A DNA stretch of 64,000 nucleotides from assembly GCA_965219415.1 (NCBI GenBank), contig CBDCNP010000002.1, positions 3,776,001-3,840,000 on the forward strand. The letters are read 5' to 3'. Position numbers and translations under genes: made by a program. The DNA comes from Candidatus Marinacidobacterales bacterium. Lineage in GTDB: Bacteria > Acidobacteriota > Vicinamibacteria > Marinacidobacterales > DATDRI01. How positions within the stretch are numbered: the stretch's first letter is position 1; every line of letters starts with the position of its first letter. The notes beneath the pieces are model-generated. The model was given only the letters and a program-made list of their open reading frames with translations, searched no databases and was not told the DNA's origin. This document shows, one piece after another, positions 1 through 10,241 of this stretch.

Positions 1-637
1 CTTCCATCAAGAGATCCCAGACGCGCTCGGCGTGATCGCGGGGAACCCAAACCTCGTATCCCAAATCGCCCGTGAACCCGGTTCGGCTTACCCAGGTGGG
101 AACGCTTCCAAGATTGGTGCGCGCGATCCAAAAGTACTTGAGATCGGACAGATCGGTGCTCGACAGTTCCATCAAGATCTCTCGCGAGCGCGGTCCTTGG
201 AGAGCAAGCGCGCCCACTTGCTCGGAGAGATCTTCTATCTCCACATCCATTCCAACCGCGTTCAACTCGAACCACCGAAGCGTGGGGTCGGCCGCGGTTG
301 CTCGGAAGGTGGTCTCGTCGAGGCGCTGAAAGGTGCCGTCTTGGATGACTTTGCCTTGTCGATCACACCAAGGCACATAAAGGACCTGCCCCACTTTGGC
401 CTTGGCTGCGTTCCTGGTGATGATGCGGTTGACCAGCTTCTCCGCATCCCGGCCGCAGATCTCATATTTGAAGAGCGGGGAAACGTCGATGAGGCCTGCG
501 CCGTTCCGCATGGCGTGGTACTCGGGGTCATGAAAATCGTCGTAGGAGCCGGGAGCGAAGTAGCCGGACCAATGGCGCCAGTTCATGCTTGTGCAGAGCG
601 CGGAAGTCCTAGAATGAAACGGTGTTCCTACCGCCAT
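1..637 (-). CDS. Aminomethyltransferase (GcvT/folate-binding family), N-terminal part, runs off the window start
   Basis: Manual minus-strand translation from ATG at 637: MAVGTPFHSRT...NWRHWSGY...RNGAGLIDVSPLFKYEICGRDA...GKVIQDGT...LALQGPRS...VSRTGFTGDLGYEVW. These are GcvT-family motifs. The ORF is missing from the track because its stop lies outside the window. Confidence 0.9.
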   Translation of the reverse strand, partial: MAVGTPFHSRTSALCTSMNWRHWSGYFAPGSYDDFHDPEYHAMRNGAGLIDVSPLFKYEICGRDAEKLVNRIITRNAAKAKVGQVLYVPWCDRQGKVIQDGTFQRLDETTFRATAADPTLRWFELNAVGMDVEIEDLSEQVGALALQGPRSREILMELSSTDLSDLKYFWIARTNLGSVPTWVSRTGFTGDLGYEVWVPRDHAERVWDLLME

Positions 638-744
638 GATGTATTGGCTCCGAGGATGGTCATTCGAAGATTCCTTCGTGCAACTACCTGGTCCGACCTC
701 GCTAGGAGCGGCAGTCTACGTAGCCGATTTCCTGTCGTCAACTT

Positions 745-1440
745 CAAAAAGTCGCGGAGCGCCGCCGATTCTTTCTGTGTTGCCCAGATCGATTCCCGAT
801 TGAGGTCGACCAGGTAACGGTTGTTGTTGGTTAGGATGCCCCAAGGGGGATTGTGCTCCATCGCCAGCGGATCCGGATTACCCGCTGGCCCGGCTGCAAA
901 GGAGTTCGACCACGAGGCCCATCGCTCGTGGGAGCTGGGATTCATGAGGGGGGTGAGAACAACTACCGCGCCTTCGAGGAGGCGCTTCGTCTCGCCGTCG
1001 GCCGCCGCCGCAAGGTGATAGGCCATCATGAGCGCCGACTCCAATCCCGCGGTCTCGTTCCCGTCGGTGCTGCAGTTGAGCCACACCGTCACCGGTGTCT
1101 TCTCGATGAGAGAGGAAGCATCTCCGACCGAAAGTGTTCTGGGATCGGTGAGGCGGGTGTTGGCAGATTTGATGTCGTCCAGGCGTTCTATGTTCTCCGC
1201 GCTCGATACGACGAGGAAACGAAGCTCTCGGTTTTCGTAATCCGATCCGTAGGTGCCGGAGAGGACACGCGGTGAGGCGTGGGCGAGCGCGGAGAGGTAA
1301 CGCTCCATGCCGGCGTAGTCGGTGACCCGAGCACCGAGCGGATATCCCAGCACCGAGTCGGGAGTAGGAATCCTCGCATCGTAGTCCTGAGCGTGCGCTA
1401 CCATCGCCGAAAGCACGAAGACGAGTAGCAGCTTACCCAC
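745..1440 (-). pseudogene. N-terminal half of a secreted M14 zinc carboxypeptidase; truncated and inverted relative to its C-terminal half
   Basis: Signal peptide, IPTPDSVLGY, STDGNE (usually HGNE), NPSSHERW and DLNRES are M14-like. Similarity stops after ESAALRDF at about 745. Confidence 0.8.
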
Positions 1441-1450
1441 GTTCAGGACC

Positions 1451-2190
1451 TCAGCGGTTCGCTTGGATGGTTCCCCAGTCCTTCAAGATCTCACGGCTCG
1501 CATTGTAGCCGGGAGCACCGCTGACCCCACCGCCCGGGTGAGTTGCGGCGCCGCAAAGGTAGAGGTTGGTCATCCGTCGATGCAAAAGCGTACCCGCGTT
1601 TCGCCAAGCTCGTTCAGAGTTTCACTGAGCGTATTAATGACCGCGTCGCCGAACGCTTCGCGTTTCTCCTCCCAAGTACCTTCCTTCAAATGGTAGGGGG
1701 CGTATTGCACGAAGATCGACATCACATGCTTTCCAAGGAGGCGCCATTGATGGATCGATTACCGAGGGAATGAGGATATCCATGTATGGTTTTCGCGAGA
1801 AGTCCCCGTACTTGGCATCGCGTGTTCCTACGTTGTTAGCCTTCTGCGGCCCGAGATTATCGAAGAGCTGGATCTCCCCAATCACGGGCTACAGCTCCTA
1901 TCTCTCGACGGCACCTTCACCCCTCTTCCCGACGGCGACTACCTCGCCCGCTGGGGCGATCACGACAAGACGCGCCAAGAACTGGTGCGCCACTCCCGAA
2001 AAGACGCCGAGGCTTACGACCAGTTTGGCACGTTGATGTACCACCTTTCGCGGGCGGTGCGGACCATGCCTTCCACCGTGCCCCCCGAGCCAACCTTGAC
2101 GTCGTTCATGCGGCTAATGCTTTCGCGACCCGCACCGAAACCCGCGGGCGGAAGCCCGGGTGACCTCTTGGGGTTATTGAGGCTCGGCTT
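1451..2190. pseudogene. Fragments of phytoene-dehydrogenase-like FAD oxidoreductase gene(s) in both orientations
   Basis: Minus 1575-1451: NLYLCGAATHPGGGVSGAPGYNASREILKDW, the family C-terminus. Minus 1822-1620: DAKYGDFSRKPYMDILIPSVIDPSMAPP.KHVMSIFVQYAPY. Plus 1823-2094: CSYVVSLLRPEIIEELDLPNHGLQLL...DAEAYDQF. Confidence 0.8.
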
Positions 2191-3786
2191 CACTCTCAAA
2201 CTAGCCGCCGAACAACACTTTCAAGCCTCTTTAGCGGTGATCGAGAGCTCGGTCGGCGCGCGGGAAGAGCTGATGGAGGACTTCGCCACTTTCTGGCGCA
2301 GTGCCCGCGCCACGGAGGAGCAAGCCTTTCTCCTCGAGCAAGGGAGTGATCTCACACGCGCCGACCTCTTGGTCGAAACGCTCCTCGCGAATCGGGTCGA
2401 GGTCTTCAAAAGCAAGAAAGAGTTGAGCCTCGCCAACGTCCACGACTATCTCGGGCGCCAATGGAACGAACGAAGTTTCCCGGCTGGAGGGTACGTCGTT
2501 CCGGTCGCCCAACCCCGAGCCCGGCTGGTTCTGACGATGCTGCGAAAAGATTTCGAGCTTCCCAAGGTGACCCGCGAGGCCGCGAGGGAGTTTCGCCGAA
2601 ATCAAGAGAAGGCCGGCTTCTACAATCCTAGTATCGGAGCTACCGGCTACATTTTTTACGACGTCACCGCCTGGTCGATGCCTTTGACGTTCAACGTTTC
2701 CGCCTATTGGACGACGGCGCCGGTAGTCGGTGATCTCGCGCCGGTTGAGGCTGTCGAGCGAGAGCCGCCGCCTCGATCTCCTGAGGCACAATACGGCTAC
2801 GTTTTCCAAGGCCAGAGCAACGCTTCGATGGTCCTCATCATCGATCTCATCCAGCAGGGTGTCGTGGCCCATGTCGCTTACAGCGATTTCCGTGTCCAAG
2901 GGCGAGACTATTCGCGCGGCTCGATCGTGATCCGCAAGGAGCGGAACCCGAACGTCGATATGGAAAAGCTGCTGGGAACTGCGTCGCAACGTCACGGTGT
3001 CCGTATCGATGCACTCGACTCCAACTATTCAGAAGCCGGTCCGAGTCTGGGGTCCGACCAGTTCGTTTTCGTCAAGCGACCGAAGATCGCCGTTCTGACC
3101 GGCGACCCGGTGAGCGTTCGTTCTTTCGGAAACACTTGGTTCATCCTGGAGCACTCGTATGAGCTCACCTTCACCGCGATCTACAAGGAGCAGTTGAACG
3201 AAGTCTCCTTGGATGAGTACAACGTCCTCGTCCTCCCGGAGGGCTATTACGATGACCGAACGTTTTCAGAGGAATGGATCGAAACTCTGAAGGCCTGGAT
3301 CCGCCGTGGTGGAACGCTCGTCTGTTTCAGAAGCGCATCCGCGTGGGTTTCCAAATTGGATGCGGAACTCACCTCCGCCCGCATGCGCTTGCCAATCTGG
3401 CCAGCGGACGCCAAGGAAGGTATCAAGCCGCGGAAAACCGCGGCGATTCCCGGCGCGATTCTGAGGACGGTACCCGACCAGCACCACTACCTTAGTTTGG
3501 GCTATGACGGTCCGACGCCGGTTCTGGTGCGCTCGAGCCTCGCCTTCGAGCCAGATCCATCCCTGGCGACCCCCTTCACGTTTACCTCGTCGGCGAGAAA
3601 CCTCCTGCTCAGCGGATTCGCCTACAACGATTCCGTCGAGCGTCTGGCCGGGACCCCTTATGTATAGAGGAACGAGTCGGCTCGGGCCATATCGTCTTGT
3701 TTCTCGACGATCCAACTTTCCGCATTTACTGGTATGGCCTTGCGCGTCTATTTTTGAACAGCATCTTGCTGAGCCCCAGTTTTTGA
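2191..3786 (+). pseudogene. C-terminal half of the M14 peptidase (ends in a GATase-like domain); frameshift near 3665
   Basis: TLKLAAEQHFQASL..., FPAGGYVVPVAQPRARL, FYDVTAWSMPL, LKAWIRRGGTLV, then in a shifted frame G.GHIVLFLDDPTFRIYWYG...PSF*. Fused in frame to an oxidoreductase fragment in ORF 1985..3667. Confidence 0.8.
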
Positions 3787-3796
3787 GGAAGACCCC

Positions 3797-5813
3797 ATGA
3801 GAACACTCTGCTAGCGTTCCTGGCTCTTGTTGCAGTCGCTCCTTTCGTCGCCGCGCAGCCGCAGGGCCGCAATTTGACCGTAGACGACTACTTTCGCATC
3901 CAACGTATATCTGATCCACAGGTAAGCCCCGACGGTGAATGGATCGCATACACCATAGGCTCGACCAACCTGGAAGAAGAAAAGGCCGAGACCCGCATCT
4001 GGATGGTGCCGGTCGCCGGCGGCGATCCCATTTCCATGACCGCGTTGGGGAGCTCGGCCTCGCGACCGCGTTGGAGTCGGGACGGCAAGTATCTCGCGTT
4101 CTTGTCTGCGCGCAACGACGAGAAGAAGCAAGTTTGGACTCTTTTCCGTCATGGGGGCGATGCCGTGCAAAGGACTAAGGTACGACAGGGCGTCGACTCC
4201 TTCGAGTGGTCCCCCGATGGGAGCCGGATGGTCCTCATCATCAAGGATCCGAAACAGGAGGAGCCCGAAGAGAAAGACGCGAAGGACGAGAAGAAGACTC
4301 CGAAGCCATGGGTCATTGATCGCCTTCAGTTCAAGCAAGACTACATCGGCTACCTGGATCGTCGCCGTACGCACCTCTACATTTTGAATATCGACACCGG
4401 AGAGCAAACACAGGTCACCTTTGGCGATTTCGACGACTCGCAGCCCGCTTGCTCACCGAACGGCAAGCGTATCGCTTTCGTGAGCAACCGTACCGAAGAA
4501 CCCGATAGTAACTACAACACCGACATCTGGGTGGTGGATAGCGAGAATCTAGATCAACAACAAGAACTTCTTCGAATCACAACAAACCTCGGACCCGATC
4601 GCTCGCCTGCCTGGAGCCCCGATGGCCAGTCCATAGCCCATGTTGCCGAAACCGATGTCGAGGCCATGGTGTACGCGACGCCGCATCTAGCCGTTGCCGC
4701 TTCAAACGGCGGGAAGACCGATGTCCTGACCCAGAGGTTGGACCGCCACATCGCAAGTCCCCGTTTCTCGATGGATGGTCGATCGATTTACTTTGTTCTC
4801 GAGGACAGTGGCGAGGCGAACCTCGCGAGCATTCCGGCCGGTGGAGGTCCAGTGACGCGTGTCGTCCAGGGGCCTCGCGTCGTCAACGCGTATTCTCTAG
4901 GGCGAGGCGGGGCAGTCGTCGCGCTGGTCAGCGAGCCTCATTTTCCACCAGAGGTGTTCACCCTCGAGGAAGGGGAACTCGAGCAGATCACCCACGCCAA
5001 CGAAGAGCTATTGGCCGAAGTTCGTTTGGGTGAGACCGAGAACGCCCACTTCAAGAGTAAAGACGGTACCGACATCGAGGGCTTCGTTACTAACCTTCCG
5101 ATTTTCAGCGAGGTGTGCGGTATCCGACCCTCCTTCGCATCCACGGGGGACCGATCTCGCAATACGACTTTGGATTCAGCTTCGAGACACAGCTCTTCGC
5201 GGCCAATGGCTACGTCGTGGTCCGAACCAACCCTCGAGGATCCTCGGGCTACGGTCAGGACTTCTCGCTCGGAATCTGGCAGAGCTGGGGCGAAAAGGAC
5301 TCCGAGGATGTGCTAGCCGGTGTCGACTACGCGATCGAGCAGGGCTACGCGGATCCGGATCGGCTCGGCGTCGGGGGATGGTCGTACGGAGGCATTTTGA
5401 CCAACCACGTCATTGCCCGAACCGATCGGTTCAAGGCGGCGATTACCGGAGCCAGCGAGACTCTTTACATCGTCAACTACGGGCACGATCACTATCAGCG
5501 CTGGTGGGAGCGGGAGGTGGGACTTCCTTGGGAAAACCGGGAACTGTGGGAGAAGATGTCTCCGTTCAACCAGGTCGAGAATATCGTCACCCCTACTCTA
5601 ATCATGGGCGGCGAGAAGGATTGGAACGTGCCCATCAATAACTCCGAGCTTCTCTACCAGGCACTCAGGCGACTCGGGCGTACGACGGAGCTGGTGGTCT
5701 ATCCGAATCAGCACCACGGCCTGCGCGTGCCGTCCCACCAGAAGGATCGATTCGAGCGCTACTTGAGTTGGTACGGCAAGTACGTAAAAGGTATGGACGA
5801 AGCCACTAACTAG
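3797..5813 (+). CDS. S9 family (prolyl oligopeptidase/acylaminoacyl) peptidase, frameshifted
   Basis: PD40 propeller repeats (PQVSPDG, WSPDG) and catalytic domain with IHGGP, NPRGSSGYG, GGWSYGG, D and H (HHG). Split over ORFs 3874..5316 and 5115..5813; signal peptide from ATG 3797. Confidence 0.92.
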
Positions 5814-5820
5814 GATGGAG

Positions 5821-5860
5821 AAAAAATAGCGAGGGAGCCGCCGGGCGGCTCCCTCTTTTT
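5821..5860. terminator. Probable bidirectional intrinsic terminator
   Basis: A-run, GAGGGAGCCG-loop-CGGCTCCCTC, then TTTTT, between convergent genes. Confidence 0.8.
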
Positions 5861-5871
5861 CTATCTTCCGA

Positions 5872-6357
5872 CTACTCTTCTCCGGCGCTCGGCGGAACCA
5901 TCGGTACCCGACTAAGACCGGCCGTGTACAGCCACTCGCCGTCTTTCTTGACCAAGACTTCGGTGTACAACCCTTCCGTTGGTGGGCCCCCTTCGGCCGG
6001 AAGGCCACTCATCGTCCATGCACCATCAGCGATGGCAATGGTGGGTCGGATGAAGCGAAGGGAGATCTGCTCGAATTCGAGTTGAGCACCCTCTGGCAAC
6101 TCGGCAAACCCTTTTGCTTCCCCTTCCTCGATCGCCATACGCCCGCTGACGGTCTCGCCCATGGCACCAACGCCAGAGGCATCCTCCGTATAGAGTGCTG
6201 CGATGACCTTGGCGTCGCGGTTGCTCCAGGCTTCCCGGTAGCGGTCATCCAACTGGGCGATGGCTTCCTCGTCCGCTGCGGTGTCCTGTGCAACGATGAC
6301 ACTAGTCAACGACACGACGAGCCCCAAGACCGTTATCACTGAAAAGAAAGTTCGCAT
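5872..6357 (-). CDS. Secreted SnoaL/NTF2-like (DUF4440, SgcJ/EcaC-type) protein
   Basis: Signal peptide; AW..RDAKVIAALYTEDA...GRMAI...GLYTEVLVKKDGEWL. Confidence 0.85.
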   Translation of the reverse strand: MRTFFSVITVLGLVVSLTSVIVAQDTAADEEAIAQLDDRYREAWSNRDAKVIAALYTEDASGVGAMGETVSGRMAIEEGEAKGFAELPEGAQLEFEQISLRFIRPTIAIADGAWTMSGLPAEGGPPTEGLYTEVLVKKDGEWLYTAGLSRVPMVPPSAGEE

Positions 6358-6399
6358 TGCTATCCCTCCTTATGTGGGATCCATCCTTAGAAATCGAGA

Positions 6400-6921
6400 C
6401 TATGTCGTGCCAGGAGCCTTGACCGGGATCCAGGAACGGAGACTGGTGATGAGCCACTGGTCTCCCTCTTGGACGAGGATATTGGTGTACAGGCCCTTTT
6501 GCGCCGGCATCTCTTCACCCTCGGCGCCGGTGATACCGGAGACCTCGAAACTACCGTTGACGAGGGCAACGCCCTCTTCCAACTCGCGGGTGCTGGTCGT
6601 GTCGATCGAGATGGTCGTGCCGGCATAGATGGTCTCGAACAGAATGGCGTACCGCTTCGCTATCTCCTCGCGCCCCGAGTACATCTCACCGTCCGGCCCC
6701 GAGCTATCGGCGTCCGCGGTGTAAAAAGTCGCGACACTAGCGCCATCCCCGGCATTCCAAGCTGCCTCGAAACCGTCGATGAGCGCCTCCTGCCCCGCTT
6801 CGACGGAAGACTCCATCGACTCTTCCGCCGGGGCCTCTTCGGCAGGTTGCTCCGCCGCTGGTTGGCAGCCGATCAATACGGCGACAGCGGCGAAGGTGAC
6901 AAGAAACAACAAGTTACGCAT
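6400..6921 (-). CDS. SnoaL/NTF2-like (DUF4440) lipoprotein, tandem paralogue
   Basis: Lipobox LIGC; AWNAGDGASVATFYTADA...GREEI...GLYTNILVQEGDQWLI. Confidence 0.85.
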   Translation of the reverse strand: MRNLLFLVTFAAVAVLIGCQPAAEQPAEEAPAEESMESSVEAGQEALIDGFEAAWNAGDGASVATFYTADADSSGPDGEMYSGREEIAKRYAILFETIYAGTTISIDTTSTRELEEGVALVNGSFEVSGITGAEGEEMPAQKGLYTNILVQEGDQWLITSLRSWIPVKAPGTT

Positions 6922-7020
6922 GGTCCCCCCTTTTGGGGGACTCGAAACGTTCCCCCTAACCCCCCATGGCGAAGCTGACTCTACGCTCCCGTCGCTCCTT
7001 AGTCAACTCCTGTAGAGTGC

Positions 7021-7713
7021 CTAGTTTTCCACCGGCATCTCGAAGCTATCTCCCTGCTTGGGTACGACACAATCCCGGCAACCCCGCACCCGCTCACTCG
7101 CCCTGTGGTGGTAGATCACTTTCTTCTCACCCGGTAGCTGTTTACCCGCCCGCAGTGTGCTATTCGCAAGCCATGGAGTGACGAAGAGAACGTCCACATC
7201 GCTATTCTCAACGAGCGCCTCGTCGCTTTCGGTGTCACCGACGAAGTACAGGGTTCGCCCGTGCCACGTGACGCGATAGGAGTAATGTTCGAAACCTCGG
7301 TGCGGTGTTCTGACCGGTTGAATACGAATGGGTCCGAAACGGACCTCGTCCTCGAGATCGATTGAGGGAACGTCGGGCAGCTTGCGAGTTACCTCTTTCG
7401 GTGCCACCAACGTGCATCCGAGTTGTTCCACCAACGTCGGGTCGAAGTGATCCAGGTGACGATGAGTAATGAGGCAGACCGCATTCTCCCTTCGGTAAAT
7501 CTGTTTGTTGGGATAGGTCATGTACCCGGCGTAGCCGGGCTGGTAAGGGAAGTCACTAAGAAGAGTCGTCTCGCCATCGGTTATCTCGAAAGCCTGATTG
7601 CCGATGAAACGGAAATGAAGCGACTCGGCTTCCGTCGCACGCATGAAAGCGAGGACCAGACCTACGCCTAGGAAGAAGGACCCGATCAACGTCCTGAGTG
7701 GTGGCATCAGCAT
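7021..7713 (-). CDS. MBL-fold metallo-hydrolase (secreted)
   Basis: LITHRHLDHFD motif and LYFVGDT. Confidence 0.85.
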   Translation of the reverse strand: MLMPPLRTLIGSFFLGVGLVLAFMRATEAESLHFRFIGNQAFEITDGETTLLSDFPYQPGYAGYMTYPNKQIYRRENAVCLITHRHLDHFDPTLVEQLGCTLVAPKEVTRKLPDVPSIDLEDEVRFGPIRIQPVRTPHRGFEHYSYRVTWHGRTLYFVGDTESDEALVENSDVDVLFVTPWLANSTLRAGKQLPGEKKVIYHHRASERVRGCRDCVVPKQGDSFEMPVEN

Positions 7714-8468
7714 TTCGCCAGAACACCGCCATCGGCGACGAGATCGATTCCAGTGATGAAGCTAGCTTGATCGGCAAGCAGAAACAGAGCCGCAAAGGAG
7801 ATATCTTCGGGTCGGCCGACCCGACCCAATGGTGTACGGGACGACATGGCCTCCATTCTCTCGGGATCTCGATAGATCTCCTCGGTCATGGGGGTTTGCA
7901 CCGCACCTGAACAAACCGTGTTAGATCGAATTTGATAGGGGGCATACTGAATGGCCAAAGAACGGCTCAGAGAGATGAGTGCCGCCTTGGACATCTGGTA
8001 GGCATCCAAAGCACCGCCATCGAAAATATTCTCCATGTTATGAAGACCGGTGATGCTGGCGATATGAACTATCGCCCCTTCTTCCTTCAACATGTGCGGA
8101 AGACACGCCTTCGTAGCAAGGATGGCGCCGTAAAGATTGATCTGCATCGTACGGTTCAACACTTCCATGTCCTGTCCTACAATACCGCCATCGCGATCGA
8201 GAAGCGCCACCCCGGCAGCGTTCACAAGGTAGCGGGGCGGGCCGAGTTGGCCAGTAACTCGCTTAATCGAGGCGGCGACGAAGTCGGCATCCGTTATATC
8301 ACCGCGGTAATAGTGCCGTCCTTCTCTAGGCTCGGCGATTGGATCCGGTTTCTTGTCCAGTATCGCGACCAACACACCCGACTGCTGCAGATCGGCGGCG
8401 ACGGAATAGCCGATACCTCCCGCCCCACCGGTGACGACGGCGACTTTGCCAGAAAAAGTTGGTTTCAC
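7707..8468 (-). CDS. SDR family oxidoreductase
   Basis: TGGAGGIG, LVNAAG, YQMSK catalytic YxxxK, ITGIDLVADGG. Confidence 0.95.
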   Translation of the reverse strand: MKPTFSGKVAVVTGGAGGIGYSVAADLQQSGVLVAILDKKPDPIAEPREGRHYYRGDITDADFVAASIKRVTGQLGPPRYLVNAAGVALLDRDGGIVGQDMEVLNRTMQINLYGAILATKACLPHMLKEEGAIVHIASITGLHNMENIFDGGALDAYQMSKAALISLSRSLAIQYAPYQIRSNTVCSGAVQTPMTEEIYRDPERMEAMSSRTPLGRVGRPEDISFAALFLLADQASFITGIDLVADGGVLAKC

Positions 8469-8485
8469 GCTATTGGCTCCTACAT

Positions 8486-9361
8486 TTACTGGGATTCTTC
8501 CGCGTCGGCGGAAACGAGGGTCGCAAGCACGGCACGCAGCAAATGTTGACGGTCCTCCGGCACCAAAGTCGACAATCGGAGGGGTTGATCGGCTCTCCGA
8601 ACCCGCAGGTTAGACGACTCTCCTATGCGGGTCGTGCCGTCGAGACGTTCCACTAGGGCGCGCATCGCATCGGCGGGCGCGGCGAAACGTGCGCGCAGGG
8701 TCGGCTCTTGCTTCCACTTTAGTAGAAACTCGGTGACGCGCTCTTCCACGAACCGCGTCTCGCTCTCACCCAATAGGGCGAACACCTGCGCCGTCTGTCT
8801 TTCGAACTTTCCGAGCGCCTTATACGGAAGCGTGCCCCAGGATCCGGGAGTAACTACCGAGTAACGTCTCGATGGACGCTACCTTCAGCGGAACAAGCCA
8901 AGAATCCATGACCCGCTTCAACTTCGCCTGCCGCTCGTGGTCATCTAGCGCCGACAAGGGTGGCTCGCCATGTGCTCGTGGCTCAGGAAGGTGTGGCTCT
9001 CCAACGCCTCGAGCACGTCGGAGAGAAAATCCGACGGCCGATAGTACTTGTTGGTCAGACATAGGTTCACACTAGAGTTGGCGATGGTCTCGAGCTCGGC
9101 AGTCTCGACGGCATTTCCCAAGTTGAACAACCGGTCTAACTGGGAACGGAACGCGCCCGCATCGGCGTACGCTTGGCGCAACTCGGCATCCTGACCCGTT
9201 CGGTCCCGGTAGTGACGGAGGCTGTGCTGAATCTCCCGCCGGTGATACCACCGTTGCGCCTTCTCCGCGAGCTTCTGACCAATCTTCAAAGGCCTGACTT
9301 TCGCTATTCTACCAGCCGAACTATAGTAGGCAGCCTGCTCGAGAAACAAGCGCGGGGGCAA
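8486..9361 (-). CDS. Hypothetical protein, frameshifted across three ORFs
   Basis: Overlapping minus ORFs 8945..9361, 8820..9062 and 8486..8785 read as one helical protein; no recognisable motif. Confidence 0.5.
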
Positions 9362-9376
9362 ATAGGAAGGAAGGTC

Positions 9377-10209
9377 ATGAGGTCAGCACTTGTTTCCTTG
9401 TTCATCTTGTTCGCTTTCAGTTTCCGTGCTCGGGCGCAACTCGCCGGTGCAAAGGAAGGCCCGGTCGCCATGGGCCACCATCATTTCTTCGTGACAGACG
9501 TCGATGCCCACCTGAAACTGTGGACGGAGCTTCTCGGCGCAAAGCCAGTCAAGCTGGCCGAGTACAATGTGTTGAAGCTCCCCAACCTCATCATTTTTAT
9601 CACCGAGAACCCACCAGCGGGCGGCACCAAGGACACCATCGTGAACCACGTAGGATTGCAGGTGCGGGAGCTCCGGCCTCTGATCGCGAGGCTGAAGGCG
9701 GCCGGCGCCGATGTAGCAACCAAGAGAGTGGTCCCTCCAGCCGAAGACGACATCTTCTATTTCGAGGACACCGACTCGTACCTCGCCTTCGTGATGGGTC
9801 CGGACGACACGAAGGTGGAGCTCATCGAGAATCGGTCACTTGACGCTGCCATCGCCAATCACCACATCCACTTCTACACCCAGAGGTGGACGAAATGAAA
9901 GACTGGTACGCCCGGCTCTTCGGTGCGACACCTAGTAAACGCGGTGAGTGGGAGGCTGCCGATCTACCAGGGGTCAACCTGACATTCACCGCCACGAAAG
10001 AGCCGGTGCTGGGCATTCAGGGACGTGTACTCAATCACATCGGCTTCGAGGTTCAGAACCTCGAGTCTTTTTGCAAGAAGCTAGAGGGCCTGGGCGTGAA
10101 GTTCGATCGTCCCTACCGCGAGATCCCCGAGCTCGGCATCGGCCTAGCGTTTTTGACCGACCCTTGGGGAACCTACATCGAGCTTACCGAAGGGCTCGAC
10201 GAGCTCTAG
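9377..10209 (+). CDS. Secreted VOC/glyoxalase family protein, frameshift near 9885
   Basis: MGHHHFFV, VNHVGLQV, NHHIHFY, LNHIGFEV, LAFLTDPWGTYIELTEG. Confidence 0.85.
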
Positions 10210-10241
10210 AGTATCCGACGGCCAAGCCTCGTCTCGGTCAA

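Noticed and set aside
660-745. Degenerate oxidoreductase N-terminus (NGL..AA.LAR.G) in the unassigned junction piece
   Set aside because: Needs several indels to align and cannot be supported by eye.
32-817. 261 aa plus-strand ORF and the many other long antisense ORFs
   Set aside because: Shadow frames of real genes in high-GC DNA; the GcvT-family gene is on the minus strand.
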